DNA of 64,000 bases from Minisyncoccota bacterium (GTDB lineage: Bacteria; Patescibacteriota; Minisyncoccia; Phycocordibacterales; UBA1550): NCBI GenBank assembly GCA_023229865.1, contig JALNYL010000002.1, positions 27,577 to 91,576 on the forward strand, given 5' to 3'. Both the position numbers and the translations under genes were made by a program. Within the stretch, counting starts at the first letter, position 1; the number at the start of each line of letters is the position of its first letter. The notes under the pieces were generated by a model that worked only from the letters and a program-made list of their open reading frames with translations, was not told the DNA's origin and did no database searches. Positions 9,459-18,778 of the stretch are shown here, piece by piece.

Positions 9459-9708
9459 TGCGGGTAGGGCTCTCGGTCACGAGGGAAACACGAATCGTGC
9501 GCTACTCGCGCAAAGTTTACTTGTCGAGAAACAACAGGAGAATCGGGGTCAAGTTTCTAAGCTCGTAAACTCGCTAAGAACTTTCTCCCCGGGCTCGCTG
9601 ACAAGCACTCACTTCGTTCGTCTTGTATACCAGCTCCGCCTTTCGATTCTCCCTACCCGCTACAAAATGCAACAGCGCCGAAACATATGTTTCGGCGCTG
9701 GCGTTTTG
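9459..9708. repeat. tRNA-Gly(GCC)-associated structured element B
   Basis: Inverted tRNA 3' copy at 9642-9670, distal direct copy at 9459-9469, core homologous to element A. Confidence 0.85.
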
Positions 9709-9779
9709 TGCGGGTAGGGAGAATCGAACTCCCGTCTCGTCCTTGGCAAGGACGCATTCTACCACTAAACCATACCCGC
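9709..9779 (-). tRNA. tRNA-Gly (GCC)
   Basis: GCGGGTA acceptor, CGTCC-TTGCCAA-GGACG, GTTCGATTC. Confidence 0.96.
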
Positions 9780-9923
9780 AAATTATCAATATCGTTTTAA
9801 AGTATAGGCTTTTCGCCAGCGCTTTATAACAATTCCTAGTATACAGATTTTTAAACTTTTTGGAAGAGGGGAGGGGGGTTTATGAGAAACACATGCGAAA
9901 TGTTTCATGAATAACATAGGGTT

Positions 9924-10124
9924 GCCAGGATTCGGCTCGCCTTACGGCCGAGACCATCCATTTTAATAGTCGTTGCACTCCTTTAAAATGGTGGGGTCAC
10001 GATAAATCTAGGACACTGCGATTTTAGCGGGTTGAGTACAACCCAAAAAAATCGGGAGCCTACGGTTCGAATCCTGGCGGGAGCACAAAAACGAAAAAAT
10101 CGCCATCGGGCGATTTCGTTTTTG
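9924..10124. repeat. tRNA-Arg-associated structured element C
   Basis: 33-bp inverted copy 10064-10096 pairs with 10114-10146; distal 11-bp direct copy gccaggattcg at 9924-9934. Confidence 0.8.
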
Positions 10125-10196
10125 TGCTCCCGCCAGGATTCGAACCTGGAATAACGGTTTCGAAGACCGTCGTGATATCCATTTCACTACAAGAGC
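10125..10196 (-). tRNA. tRNA-Arg (TCG)
   Basis: GCTCTTG acceptor, ACGGT-CTTCGAA-ACCGT, GGTTCGAATCC. Confidence 0.94.
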
Positions 10197-10268
10197 AAGT
10201 GATATAGAGACTGTACCGTAAAAATGGTCAAAAGGCAAAAAAAACGGTATGATTTCACATATAGCATT

Positions 10269-11744
10269 ATGCACACTAAAATTTCATTTCAAATCCCTCC
10301 TGAGGTTTCACATGTAACAAGAACATTGCGGGCGACCGGGCACGAAGCGTATCTCGTGGGTGGTTGTGTGCGCGACATTCTACAGGGAATCAAGCCAAAG
10401 GATTGGGATATCACAACCAATGCAACACCGGAACAAATCCAGGCGCTTTTTGAAGATTCTTTTTATGAGAATGATTACGGCACTGTGGGGATCGTAAATG
10501 AAACAGACGATGAAACATTGAAAGTTGTTGAAGTAACTCCATACCGTACCGAAGGGACTTATACCGACAAACGCCGCCCCGACAGTGTTTCGTTTCACGC
10601 TTCACTTGAGGATGACTTGAAACGTCGCGATTTCACCATCAATGCTATTGCTTACGACGAATCTAAAGGACATCTAACGGACAATTTTGACGGTATAAAG
10701 GACATAAAGGACAAAGTTCTTCGCACCGTAGGTAATCCACAGGAGCGTTTTAATGAGGATGCTCTCCGCATCCTCCGCGCTGTCCGCCTTGCCACAGACC
10801 TTGGTTTCACAATTGAAGTCGAAACAATGAACGCAATCATTGAGAAAGCTGGCGATTTGAAGCACATCTCAATGGAGCGTATTCGTGACGAATTTACCAA
10901 AATGGTAATGACGAAGAATCCTATGATTGGCGTCGTAATGTGCCAGAAGTTTGGGCTTCTCAAATATATTGTTCCTGACCTCGAGAGGGGAATCGGCATT
11001 GAACAAAACGGTGACCATATTTATACTGTCTGGGAACACAATCTTCGCGCCCTTCAGCACTCAGCAGATCGTGAGTGGCCACTCCATGTGCGCCTCGGTG
11101 CTTTGTTTCACGATATTTCAAAACCAGAAACTCGTCGCTGGTCTGACGACAAAAACAACTGGACGTTCTACGGGCACGATGTTGTCGGCGGGCGTGTCGC
11201 AAAAAAGGCACTTGAGGATCTCAAGTATCCGAAAAAAATTGTTGATGTTGTTTCATCACTTGTGCGCTACCATTTGTTTTTCTCTGACATCGAAAAGATT
11301 ACACTCTCTGCTGTGCGTCGCATCGTAAGAAACGTCGGCCCCGACAATGTGTGGGACCTCATGAAAGTGCGTGCATGTGATCGTATCGGTATGGGTCGAC
11401 CAAAAGAAGCTCCTTATCGTCTCCGCAAGTATGAGTCAATGATTGAAGAAGCAATGCGTGCCCCTGTGTCAGTCGGCATGCTCAAAATTGATGGACAGAA
11501 GATCATGGAGGTTACTCGTGAAACACCAGGACCAAAACTTGGGTTCATTCTTCATGCGCTCCTCGAAGAAGTGCTCGACGATCCGGAACGCAACACAGAA
11601 GAGTTTCTCGTGAAACGCACACTCGAACTTGCGAAACTTCCGATTGATGAATTAAAAAAACTCGGCGAAGAAGGGAAAGAGAAAAAAGAAGAGGAAGAGG
11701 AAAAAGAACTCACCGAGATTCGCAAGAAGCACAACGTGAAGTAA
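10269..11744 (+). CDS. cca: CCA tRNA nucleotidyltransferase with HD domain
   Basis: YLVGGCVRD, DWDITT, RRDFTINA, EDALRILRAVR, LFHDISK. Confidence 0.93.
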   Translation: MHTKISFQIPPEVSHVTRTLRATGHEAYLVGGCVRDILQGIKPKDWDITTNATPEQIQALFEDSFYENDYGTVGIVNETDDETLKVVEVTPYRTEGTYTDKRRPDSVSFHASLEDDLKRRDFTINAIAYDESKGHLTDNFDGIKDIKDKVLRTVGNPQERFNEDALRILRAVRLATDLGFTIEVETMNAIIEKAGDLKHISMERIRDEFTKMVMTKNPMIGVVMCQKFGLLKYIVPDLERGIGIEQNGDHIYTVWEHNLRALQHSADREWPLHVRLGALFHDISKPETRRWSDDKNNWTFYGHDVVGGRVAKKALEDLKYPKKIVDVVSSLVRYHLFFSDIEKITLSAVRRIVRNVGPDNVWDLMKVRACDRIGMGRPKEAPYRLRKYESMIEEAMRAPVSVGMLKIDGQKIMEVTRETPGPKLGFILHALLEEVLDDPERNTEEFLVKRTLELAKLPIDELKKLGEEGKEKKEEEEEKELTEIRKKHNVK

Positions 11745-11746
11745 AT

Positions 11747-12169
11747 ATGAACGGAATCATTTTTGAATCTCAATATTGGAAAGTAGAACTTGCTGATGAA
11801 CAGCTCTATCTCGGAAGAGCGTATGTTGCGTGCAAGACAAAAAGGGAATCGCTTTCTGAACTCACAGATCTAGAATTTTCAGACTTGCACGAGGTAATAA
11901 AAAAGTATGAAACACTTCTCAAGAAAACGTTTGGTGCGACGTTATTCAATTGGTCGTGTCTCATGAACCATGCGTACCGCGAAAAACCTTATACACCTCA
12001 AGTACATTTTCATGTTCGGCCGCGATATGAAAATGATGTGATTGTTAACGGGGAAGTGTTTCACGATCCAAACTTCGGAGATCAAGCGCATCTCACTGCA
12101 ACGATGAGCAAGAAAGTTTCACCGGAAATGTTTACAGAGATTCTTGCGAAACTAAAATCTAATCTGTAA
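11747..12169 (+). CDS. HIT family protein
   Basis: QVHFHVRPRY degenerate histidine triad. Confidence 0.8.
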   Translation: MNGIIFESQYWKVELADEQLYLGRAYVACKTKRESLSELTDLEFSDLHEVIKKYETLLKKTFGATLFNWSCLMNHAYREKPYTPQVHFHVRPRYENDVIVNGEVFHDPNFGDQAHLTATMSKKVSPEMFTEILAKLKSNL

Positions 12170-12275
12170 AAGAAAAACGCCTCGGTGTGAAACCGAGGCG
12201 TTTGATGTTATACATTACCAACAGTCAAAGAATTGTCGAGGGGTTATTAAGTGCGGAAGCCTGACGAAGACTAAA

Positions 12276-12767
12276 CTAGTCGCTATTTTTAACACGAGAC
12301 TGCTCACTCATCAGCGCAAAAGCACCCACTAATCCCTTTGCTGCCTTCATGGAGCGGTCGACTTCTACCTGCCGCAGTTCGGCTGAGGCAGCCTTCAATT
12401 GAGTATGAGCGCCGAGCACTGCGTGATGGTCAATCTGCGCAGCAGTCAACAAGTCGATCAGACTCTGCCCATGATAGTCCCTCAAGGGCATGCTGGGCCA
12501 GCGACCAGTCAAGGGCCCCAAGGACTTCCATTTGATTGCGAGCACATAGAGCTCCTTCATGCGCGCAAGGACGCTTTTTGCCCGTATTTGAGATATGTCA
12601 TCCAGGGAGCCCCAATGATAAATCGTCGGGCGGGTGACGAGAAAAACTCGTGCCGCATCGGCAACATTGAGAGCGAATGCATCCCTGACAGTGTTCAGCA
12701 TCTCGGCTGGAGTCAATACCCCCTGCGCGCCAGTCGTTTCATTGGGAACAGGAAAATTAACCTGCAT
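12276..12767 (-). CDS. Hypothetical HTH protein, possibly an orphan Xre-type antitoxin
   Basis: FALNVADAARVFLVTRPTIYHW HTH-like segment; AAGGAG SD; TTGACA promoter. Confidence 0.6.
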   Translation of the reverse strand: MQVNFPVPNETTGAQGVLTPAEMLNTVRDAFALNVADAARVFLVTRPTIYHWGSLDDISQIRAKSVLARMKELYVLAIKWKSLGPLTGRWPSMPLRDYHGQSLIDLLTAAQIDHHAVLGAHTQLKAASAELRQVEVDRSMKAAKGLVGAFALMSEQSRVKNSD

Positions 12768-12996
12768 AGCAGTCTCCTTCTTTGTATAAAAAACAAACTC
12801 TGATTACCGAAAGGCAATCAGAGACCTAAAAACACACTACCTATAAAATAGTACCTTGTCAAGGTTACCACAAAATCACAACCTTCCGCGCGCCTCAGAT
12901 ACGAGGCGTAAACATATTGTTTTTTTGAGCCGTACTTTTGCTACGGTGAAACAAAACAATATGATTACAACAATGTAGATGAGGATGCGCGGAGGG

Positions 12997-13764
12997 TTAT
13001 TTCAACTCCAATACAATAGGGCAGTGGTCCGAACCATAAAAGTCCGTCATCATTGTGGCTTGTTTCACGCGAGGAAGCAGGTCAGATGTGATAAAGAAAT
13101 AATCAATGCGCCAGCCGACATTGCGATCGCGCGCACGAGTTTTCATATCCCAATAAGTATAGGCGTCTTTAGTATTGGGGTGGAGATGGCGGAAAATATC
13201 CACATAGCCATGATACACAAGCTCATCAATCCACGCACGCTCCTCGGGAAGGAAGCCTGTGTTTGTTTCATTGGCTTTTGGGCGCGCGAGGTCAATTTCC
13301 TCATGCGCTGTGTTTACGTCCCCACAAATAATTACTTTGTGGCCCTTTTTGCGAAGTTTCTCTGTGAAACCAAGGAATGCATCATAAAAATCGAGTTTAT
13401 ACTTGAGACGCTCTGGTCCACCTCCTCCGTTGGGGAAGTAGCAATTCAAAAGGACAAAGTCCTTGAAGTAAAGGACAAGAAGTCGCCCCTCCTGATCCAT
13501 GTCCTTTATGCCCATACCTTCTTCTACTTTCTCTGGCTCCTCTTTTGTGTACACAGCCACACCGCTATATCCTTTGCGCATTTTTGAATGCGAGAAATAT
13601 GCGTAATACCCTTTTGGAGAACGCACTTCTTCAGATAGCTGTTCGGCTTCAACTTTTGTTTCCTGCAAACACAAGATATCCGCATCCTTTTTCAAAATGT
13701 CAGCAAAGTTACCTTTCTTGTGGATAGCGCGAAGTCCGTTTACGTTCCATGAAACAATTCTCAT
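12997..13764 (-). CDS. xth: Exodeoxyribonuclease III
   Basis: SWNVNGLRA, LQETK, GDVNTAH, GWRIDYF, SDHCP. Confidence 0.96.
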   Translation of the reverse strand: MRIVSWNVNGLRAIHKKGNFADILKKDADILCLQETKVEAEQLSEEVRSPKGYYAYFSHSKMRKGYSGVAVYTKEEPEKVEEGMGIKDMDQEGRLLVLYFKDFVLLNCYFPNGGGGPERLKYKLDFYDAFLGFTEKLRKKGHKVIICGDVNTAHEEIDLARPKANETNTGFLPEERAWIDELVYHGYVDIFRHLHPNTKDAYTYWDMKTRARDRNVGWRIDYFFITSDLLPRVKQATMMTDFYGSDHCPIVLELK

Positions 13765-13862
13765 ATACATATAGTATACAGCATGAAGGAGATTGCAAAA
13801 AAGGCGAAAAAGAGTAGTCTTGAAAAAGCATCATAGTTCAATCACAAGGAAAGGAGCTTGCT

Positions 13863-14129
13863 GTGTTTCCAACTAAACCAGGATGGTATTTGCGGTATCG
13901 AGTCTTCGGGAGAACCCTCCACGAGACCTTCAGTGAATCACTGAAGGCTACAACAGAAAAGGAAGCTGCAGAAGAAGCAACCCTTCTTTGGGAGCAAAAA
14001 GAAAAACGCTCAATGGGAGGCTACAATCTTCGCGGGGAGTGGGCGGAAGAAGTATTTCCCAACACCCCACAGCTTATATATTTCTCTGCAACCAAAATTG
14101 ACTGCGAGGTTCCAGATGAAGCCCATTAG
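13863..14129 (+). CDS. Small hypothetical protein
   Basis: GTG after AAGGAG; promoter-like TTGCAA/TAGTCT. Confidence 0.6.
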   Translation: MFPTKPGWYLRYRVFGRTLHETFSESLKATTEKEAAEEATLLWEQKEKRSMGGYNLRGEWAEEVFPNTPQLIYFSATKIDCEVPDEAH

Positions 14130-14328
14130 CATCTACGATCTTTCACGACGTCAGGAGGTTGAAGCCGTTGCGACGAAGCAAAAGTCCCAACAACTTCCTC
14201 TGCATCTTCAGATTGGAAGTGTGTACGACTTGAATCACACCAAAGCGGCCACTGAGCATTTCCAAACACAGCTTCGAGTACCACAACAAGAAGTTGCGAG
14301 CATCTACAATTGCTCGATCAAACATTAA
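14116..14328 (+). CDS. Small hypothetical protein with three S(I/V)Y(D/N) repeats
   Basis: GAGG SD; overlaps the upstream stop; SIYDL, SVYDL, SIYNC. Confidence 0.4.
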   Translation: MKPISIYDLSRRQEVEAVATKQKSQQLPLHLQIGSVYDLNHTKAATEHFQTQLRVPQQEVASIYNCSIKH

Positions 14329-14362
14329 AGCAAAGTGATACCGCAAGGTATCGCTTTTTTCT

Positions 14363-15298
14363 TTATTCCTCCCTGCTCTTCCCGTGAAACTTCTTGTGTA
14401 CGTTGCGAAGCTCACTATCCGTAACGTGTGTATATATCTGCGTCGTAGAAATATTTGAGTGGCCGAGCATCATTTGTACCGAGCGAATATCAGCGCCGTT
14501 ATAAAGAAGGTCGGTTGCAAACGAGTGACGCAAGATGTGGGGTGTCACCTTATCCATGATGCCAGCCTTTGCTGCATAGTGTTTCACCATACGTTCAATC
14601 GAGCGGGGAGTGAGACGAAGTGAGCCATCGTCTCGTGCCTTATCGCTCGCAAAAAGCGCATCGTCCATATCTTTTCTCTTTTTCAAATATGCTGCGATTG
14701 CAGTCTTTGCCTCATCAGAGAGAAACACCACGCGAACTTTCTCTCCCTTACCACGCACGGATATTTCATCGCGGGTAAGATCAATATCGCGCTGAAGCGC
14801 GCAAAGCTCTGAGAGACGAAGGCCGGTCGAGAAAAAGAGCTCGAGAATAGCCTTGTCGCGAAACTCTTTTACCGAGTCACCACTTGGTGCAGCGAGGAGG
14901 CGATGGAGGTCTTGAACACTCAGTAGGTCGATAGTGCGCTCTGCAACCTTCGCAAGTTCAATCTTTTCAGGCGAATACGACTCAACACCACGCTTGCGTA
15001 AATATTTGAGAAAGCTACGAATAGCAATCAAGTAATAGTTTTGAGTTTTCTTTTTGAGTGTTTCATGACGACCCTCGCGCACACCTGACTCTTGTCTGTT
15101 GAGCCAGAGACGGAAAGTACGAATGAGATCATCGGTAACATCGCTTGGCTCCTTCGCCCCACTCGCAGTGAGGAAGCGAGTGAGGTAGCGCTCGTAGTTC
15201 TCGATAGTCTTCAAGCTTCGCCCGCGCTCAATCTCCAAGTACTCAAGATACTGTCGTGCGTAGTTGCCGAGGGTGCTTTGAGGAATATTGTGCGACAT
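14363..15298 (-). CDS. XerC/XerD family tyrosine recombinase
   Basis: RDKAILE..STGLRLSEL, GKGEK, TPHILRHSFAT, LGHSNISTTQIY. Confidence 0.94.
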   Translation of the reverse strand: MSHNIPQSTLGNYARQYLEYLEIERGRSLKTIENYERYLTRFLTASGAKEPSDVTDDLIRTFRLWLNRQESGVREGRHETLKKKTQNYYLIAIRSFLKYLRKRGVESYSPEKIELAKVAERTIDLLSVQDLHRLLAAPSGDSVKEFRDKAILELFFSTGLRLSELCALQRDIDLTRDEISVRGKGEKVRVVFLSDEAKTAIAAYLKKRKDMDDALFASDKARDDGSLRLTPRSIERMVKHYAAKAGIMDKVTPHILRHSFATDLLYNGADIRSVQMMLGHSNISTTQIYTHVTDSELRNVHKKFHGKSREE

Positions 15299-15377
15299 AT
15301 ATATCATTATAGTACACTCACGCGCGCGAAGTAAGCAAACGTTTTGCAAATATTCTATAATGCGCTAAACTTCTCAT

Positions 15378-15629
15378 ATGACCTCACTAAATGACGACCT
15401 TCTTATGGATGAATCAGGAGAAATTGACGCAAGCTCATTTTCTACAGACGACGACTTCCGCAAAGAAGACGCAGACGCATCACTCCGCGCGCTCGAAGGA
15501 GAGGGGATTTCTATTGTTGAAGAAGAAACATTTTCTACGCTTTCAAGAGGAGAAGAGGGTTCACGCGACAGATTTTCTCAAGATCTCTTCAAAGAGGAGG
15601 GGATTGAGATTCTTTCAGACGAAGAGTAG
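15378..15629 (+). CDS. Small acidic hypothetical protein
   Basis: 83 aa, D/E-rich; -10-like TAAACT 6 nt before the ATG. Confidence 0.6.
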   Translation: MTSLNDDLLMDESGEIDASSFSTDDDFRKEDADASLRALEGEGISIVEEETFSTLSRGEEGSRDRFSQDLFKEEGIEILSDEE

Positions 15630-15808
15630 GGGATTCCCGGTGTTTAATGGGGCTTACTCCGTTAGAGATTGCGGTTGTTAAAGCAATATTCATTGCCAAC
15701 CAGTCAATGACTACTACGGTAATTTAGCAAATTAAGCATTTTTGGGGTGGAACCCCCTATCTCTAACGGGGCTTGCATTATTTGACAAGATATGCTAAAG
15801 TGCTAGCA

Positions 15809-16072
15809 ATGATTACGACAAAGCAGAAGCAGACAATTATCAAGAAAGCGCAGATTCACGCGACCGACACTGGTTCTCCAGAGGCTCAGGTTGCTATTCT
15901 TTCGAAGAGTATTGATGAACTCGCTCTCCACTTGAAGAAAAACCACAAGGACAATCACTCACGTCGTGGTTTGCTCCAGATGGTTGCGGATCGCCGCACA
16001 CACTTGAATTACCTCAAGCGTAAGAGCAAGGATCGTTACGAGGCTCTCGTAAAGAAGATCGGCCTCAAGTAA
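15809..16072 (+). CDS. rpsO: 30S ribosomal protein S15
   Basis: DTGSPEAQVAIL, KDNHSRRGLLQMV. Confidence 0.98.
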   Translation: MITTKQKQTIIKKAQIHATDTGSPEAQVAILSKSIDELALHLKKNHKDNHSRRGLLQMVADRRTHLNYLKRKSKDRYEALVKKIGLK

Positions 16073-16260
16073 AGCTTAAAAAGTCCCAAATCATAAAGAT
16101 TGGGGCTTTTTGTTTTTCGCTCGTCATGCGATACTTATTGAGGGCATACAAAACCTCTTTGTAATCATTTTTATAAATTAAGTAAACCAGTTAGGGACAT
16201 TGGAGCGGCCAGGGCTACCCCCTCGTCGCCAGTGGTCAATCCTTAACAACTTTTAATACA

Positions 16261-16863
16261 ATGGCAATTATCAAACAAAAAGAACAACGCGTTGCGATGT
16301 TCATTGATGCACAAAATCTTTATCACAGTGCACGCAATCTCTATGGAGCAAAAGTAAATTTCGGCGCAGTCCTTAAAGAGGCTATTGCAGGGAGACATCT
16401 CGTACGCGCAATCGCATACGTTATCACTACAGAAGGGGAGGAGGAGAAAAGTTTCTTTGACGCACTCAATAGTCTCGGTATTGAAACCAAAACAAAAGAC
16501 CTTCAAATATTCTTTGGCGGGGCAAAAAAGGCAGACTGGGACGTAGGTCTCGCAGTCGACGCTATTCGTCTCGGGTCAAAGGTGGATGCAGTAGTCCTCG
16601 CTTCGGGCGATGGCGATTTCGTTCCGCTCGTTGAGTACTTGAAGTTTATGGGCACACAAGTAGAAGTTATTACCTTTGGTCGCTCAGCTTCAGGGAAACT
16701 CCGCGAAGCAGCTGATGACTTTATCGACATGTGCGAGGATCAGCACAAATATCTTCTCGGCTCCCGCGGAGGAAGCGCGCGCGGAGGAGCCACACGACGT
16801 CCCGTACGCAAACAAACACAAAACCGCCGCAAGGTTGCACCGCCAAAACCCGAACAAGAATAA
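16261..16863 (+). CDS. NYN domain (LabA/DUF88) protein
   Basis: FIDAQNLY, KADWDVGLAVD, SGDGDFVPL. Confidence 0.92.
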   Translation: MAIIKQKEQRVAMFIDAQNLYHSARNLYGAKVNFGAVLKEAIAGRHLVRAIAYVITTEGEEEKSFFDALNSLGIETKTKDLQIFFGGAKKADWDVGLAVDAIRLGSKVDAVVLASGDGDFVPLVEYLKFMGTQVEVITFGRSASGKLREAADDFIDMCEDQHKYLLGSRGGSARGGATRRPVRKQTQNRRKVAPPKPEQE

Positions 16864-16927
16864 AACATTCAATGAAAAAACCCGACGAATTTCGTCGGGT
16901 TTTTGTTTTGAAGCGATGAGGCTTGGG

Positions 16928-17170
16928 TCATGTGCGTGCGGCCATGATGACCCGCGCGGCGCGGTTAAGCCACTGAAGGGACTGTTGGTGCGCTTTTTTC
17001 TCGGTGTTCACAGGCTTGATCCGCTGATCTTCTGGAACCGTAGCGGTCGGGTGAGTTCCCAGGAACGAATCCTTGTTGTCATCCATTGCGCGCTGCTGCG
17101 CTAATCTGCGGCGGATTTCAAACGACGAATGGCCCCCCGTGGGACTATCTTTTCCTTTTCCTTGATCCAT
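16928..17170 (-). CDS. Small hypothetical protein
   Basis: GAGG SD; TTGCAA/TAGTGT promoter; terminator at 16875-16903. Confidence 0.5.
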   Translation of the reverse strand: MDQGKGKDSPTGGHSSFEIRRRLAQQRAMDDNKDSFLGTHPTATVPEDQRIKPVNTEKKAHQQSLQWLNRAARVIMAART

Positions 17171-17331
17171 CTTGCTTACCTCTTTCTTTTGTTGTTGTAC
17201 AAAAAACCAGCCCGTACACTAACACGACTCTGAAAAACTTGCAACCCCCCTTAAAAATATCTTTTTGAGGGGGGTGTATAAACAAATCCCCTATACGAAA
17301 CACGATAGTGAGGGTATACTATACTAATATT

Positions 17332-18336
17332 ATGGAACCATCTCCTCTTTCAAAACTTGAACCTGGCGTCTATCAAGGAATCCCCGACAATCTCAAAGAG
17401 AAAAAGTCGGCGGCCCCACGCATTGTCCGCACTATGAAGAGTGACGTAGCAGAAGCAATCAGAGACCAGGAAGAAACAACGGTCAGTATTGCTGTGGCAG
17501 AACAAAAAAAGCGTGCGCGCCTTCAATCAGAAGCACAGCAGACCCAACAAGCATCTGGCGAACCAGCCCCCGCACCGAAGCGCATTGGCCGTTTTATTGT
17601 AATCATCATTGTTCTTATCCTCCTTGGGCTTCTCGGCGCTGCATACGTATTTGTGTTGCCCAAATTAAGCGCAATCAAACTCCCGAGCGTTTCTCTCCCT
17701 TCCTTCGGTAGTCCCGCGAATACAAATGTCGCAACAACAACAGCGCCGACGACCCCCGCACTCGCAAACTCTCTCATCCCCGCACAGAGCGAGAAGCGTT
17801 TCGACATTACGAAAGAAGCGCGCGGGCAAATTTCTAAAGACATCGCAAGTGAACTCACCACCGGCGACACAGCAGGAAATATTAAAAATCTTTTCTTTAT
17901 CGAAGAAAGCGCGGGGATTTTCAGTGAAATATCTGCAAATCGCCTCATTATGTTCTCAGGAGCAAGTGCGCCAGAGATTTTCACCCGATCTCTTGAAAAG
18001 GGATTCATGGTGGGACTTTTAGTAGAAAACGTTGGCGCTTCAACACCATTTATAGTTCTTAAGGTTTCCGAGCGAGAACTCGGCTTTGCAGGAATGCTCG
18101 AATGGGAAAAATCACTGCCAACATTTTTTGACAATATGTTTGGCACCAACATCGGCACAGGGATTCCCCCAGAAACACGCTTCCGTGATCTCGTTATCTC
18201 AGGGAAAGACGCTCGCATGATTGCCGATGGGATAGGTAGTGGTATCGCATATTCATTTGTAAACAACACAACAATCATAATTGCAGGAAGTCGCACTGCG
18301 CTTGAGACCCTCATCCCGCTTGCCTCTACAAAGTAA
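17332..18336 (+). CDS. Single-pass membrane hypothetical protein
   Basis: One TM (FIVIIIVLILLGLLGAAYVFVL) and a large C-terminal domain. Confidence 0.8.
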   Translation: MEPSPLSKLEPGVYQGIPDNLKEKKSAAPRIVRTMKSDVAEAIRDQEETTVSIAVAEQKKRARLQSEAQQTQQASGEPAPAPKRIGRFIVIIIVLILLGLLGAAYVFVLPKLSAIKLPSVSLPSFGSPANTNVATTTAPTTPALANSLIPAQSEKRFDITKEARGQISKDIASELTTGDTAGNIKNLFFIEESAGIFSEISANRLIMFSGASAPEIFTRSLEKGFMVGLLVENVGASTPFIVLKVSERELGFAGMLEWEKSLPTFFDNMFGTNIGTGIPPETRFRDLVISGKDARMIADGIGSGIAYSFVNNTTIIIAGSRTALETLIPLASTK

Positions 18337-18356
18337 ACAAGATAAACTACTTCTAT

Positions 18357-18719
18357 ATGACAACAAACAATTCTGAATTAAGAGGAATGCTTCTCGAGGA
18401 GAAGGCGCGTATCGAAGGACAGCTCGCAGGGGTAGGACACAAGAATCCCGACATCGCTGGCGACTGGGAGCCATCTGCTCCAGACCTGAACGACATCAAC
18501 GCTGATGTAAATGATGTTGCAACAGAGATTGAGGCCTTCGAAGGAAATGCGGCAATCGAAGTAGAGCTCGAAGCAAGACTCCTTGAAGTTGACGCCGCGC
18601 TCGCACGCATCGAAGTAGGAACCTATGGTATCTGTCGTGTATGTGGAAGCGCCATCGAAGACAATCGTCTTCATGCAAACCCCGCAGCACCAACCTGCAT
18701 CGCACACCGCGAGGGTTAG
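18357..18719 (+). CDS. TraR/DksA C4-type zinc finger protein
   Basis: ALARIEVGTYGICRVCG..I...RL.ANP.A.TCI. Confidence 0.88.
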   Translation: MTTNNSELRGMLLEEKARIEGQLAGVGHKNPDIAGDWEPSAPDLNDINADVNDVATEIEAFEGNAAIEVELEARLLEVDAALARIEVGTYGICRVCGSAIEDNRLHANPAAPTCIAHREG

Positions 18720-18778
18720 AAAAAAGTGGAAAGACCAGTCTCATTGAGGGGCTGGTCTTTCTGTTTAAAATAGATCTT

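Larger units (their letters stand above)
6731..11525. promoter_or_regulatory. Cluster of parS-like 16-bp palindromes (6731, 7843, 8255, 8312, 8534, 8568, 9901, 10304, 11510)
   Basis: For example TGTTACATGTGAAACA, TGTTTCATGTGTAACA, TCTCTCACGTGAAACA and GGTTACTCGTGAAACA versus the parS consensus TGTTTCACGTGAAACA. Confidence 0.75.

Noticed and set aside
3433-10146. CRISPR array or diversity-generating retroelement explanation for the repeats
   Set aside because: No regular repeat-spacer periodicity, no cas or reverse transcriptase gene, and no adenine-specific mismatches
14363-15298. Xer gene as a prophage or integron integrase
   Set aside because: Looks like a housekeeping XerC/D; no IntI-specific insertion, attC sites or phage genes, and I could not identify a dif site
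17523-18314. Long antisense ORFs (also 31844-32764, 39424-40233, 54293-54985, 12979-13587)
   Set aside because: Shadows of well-supported genes on the opposite strand
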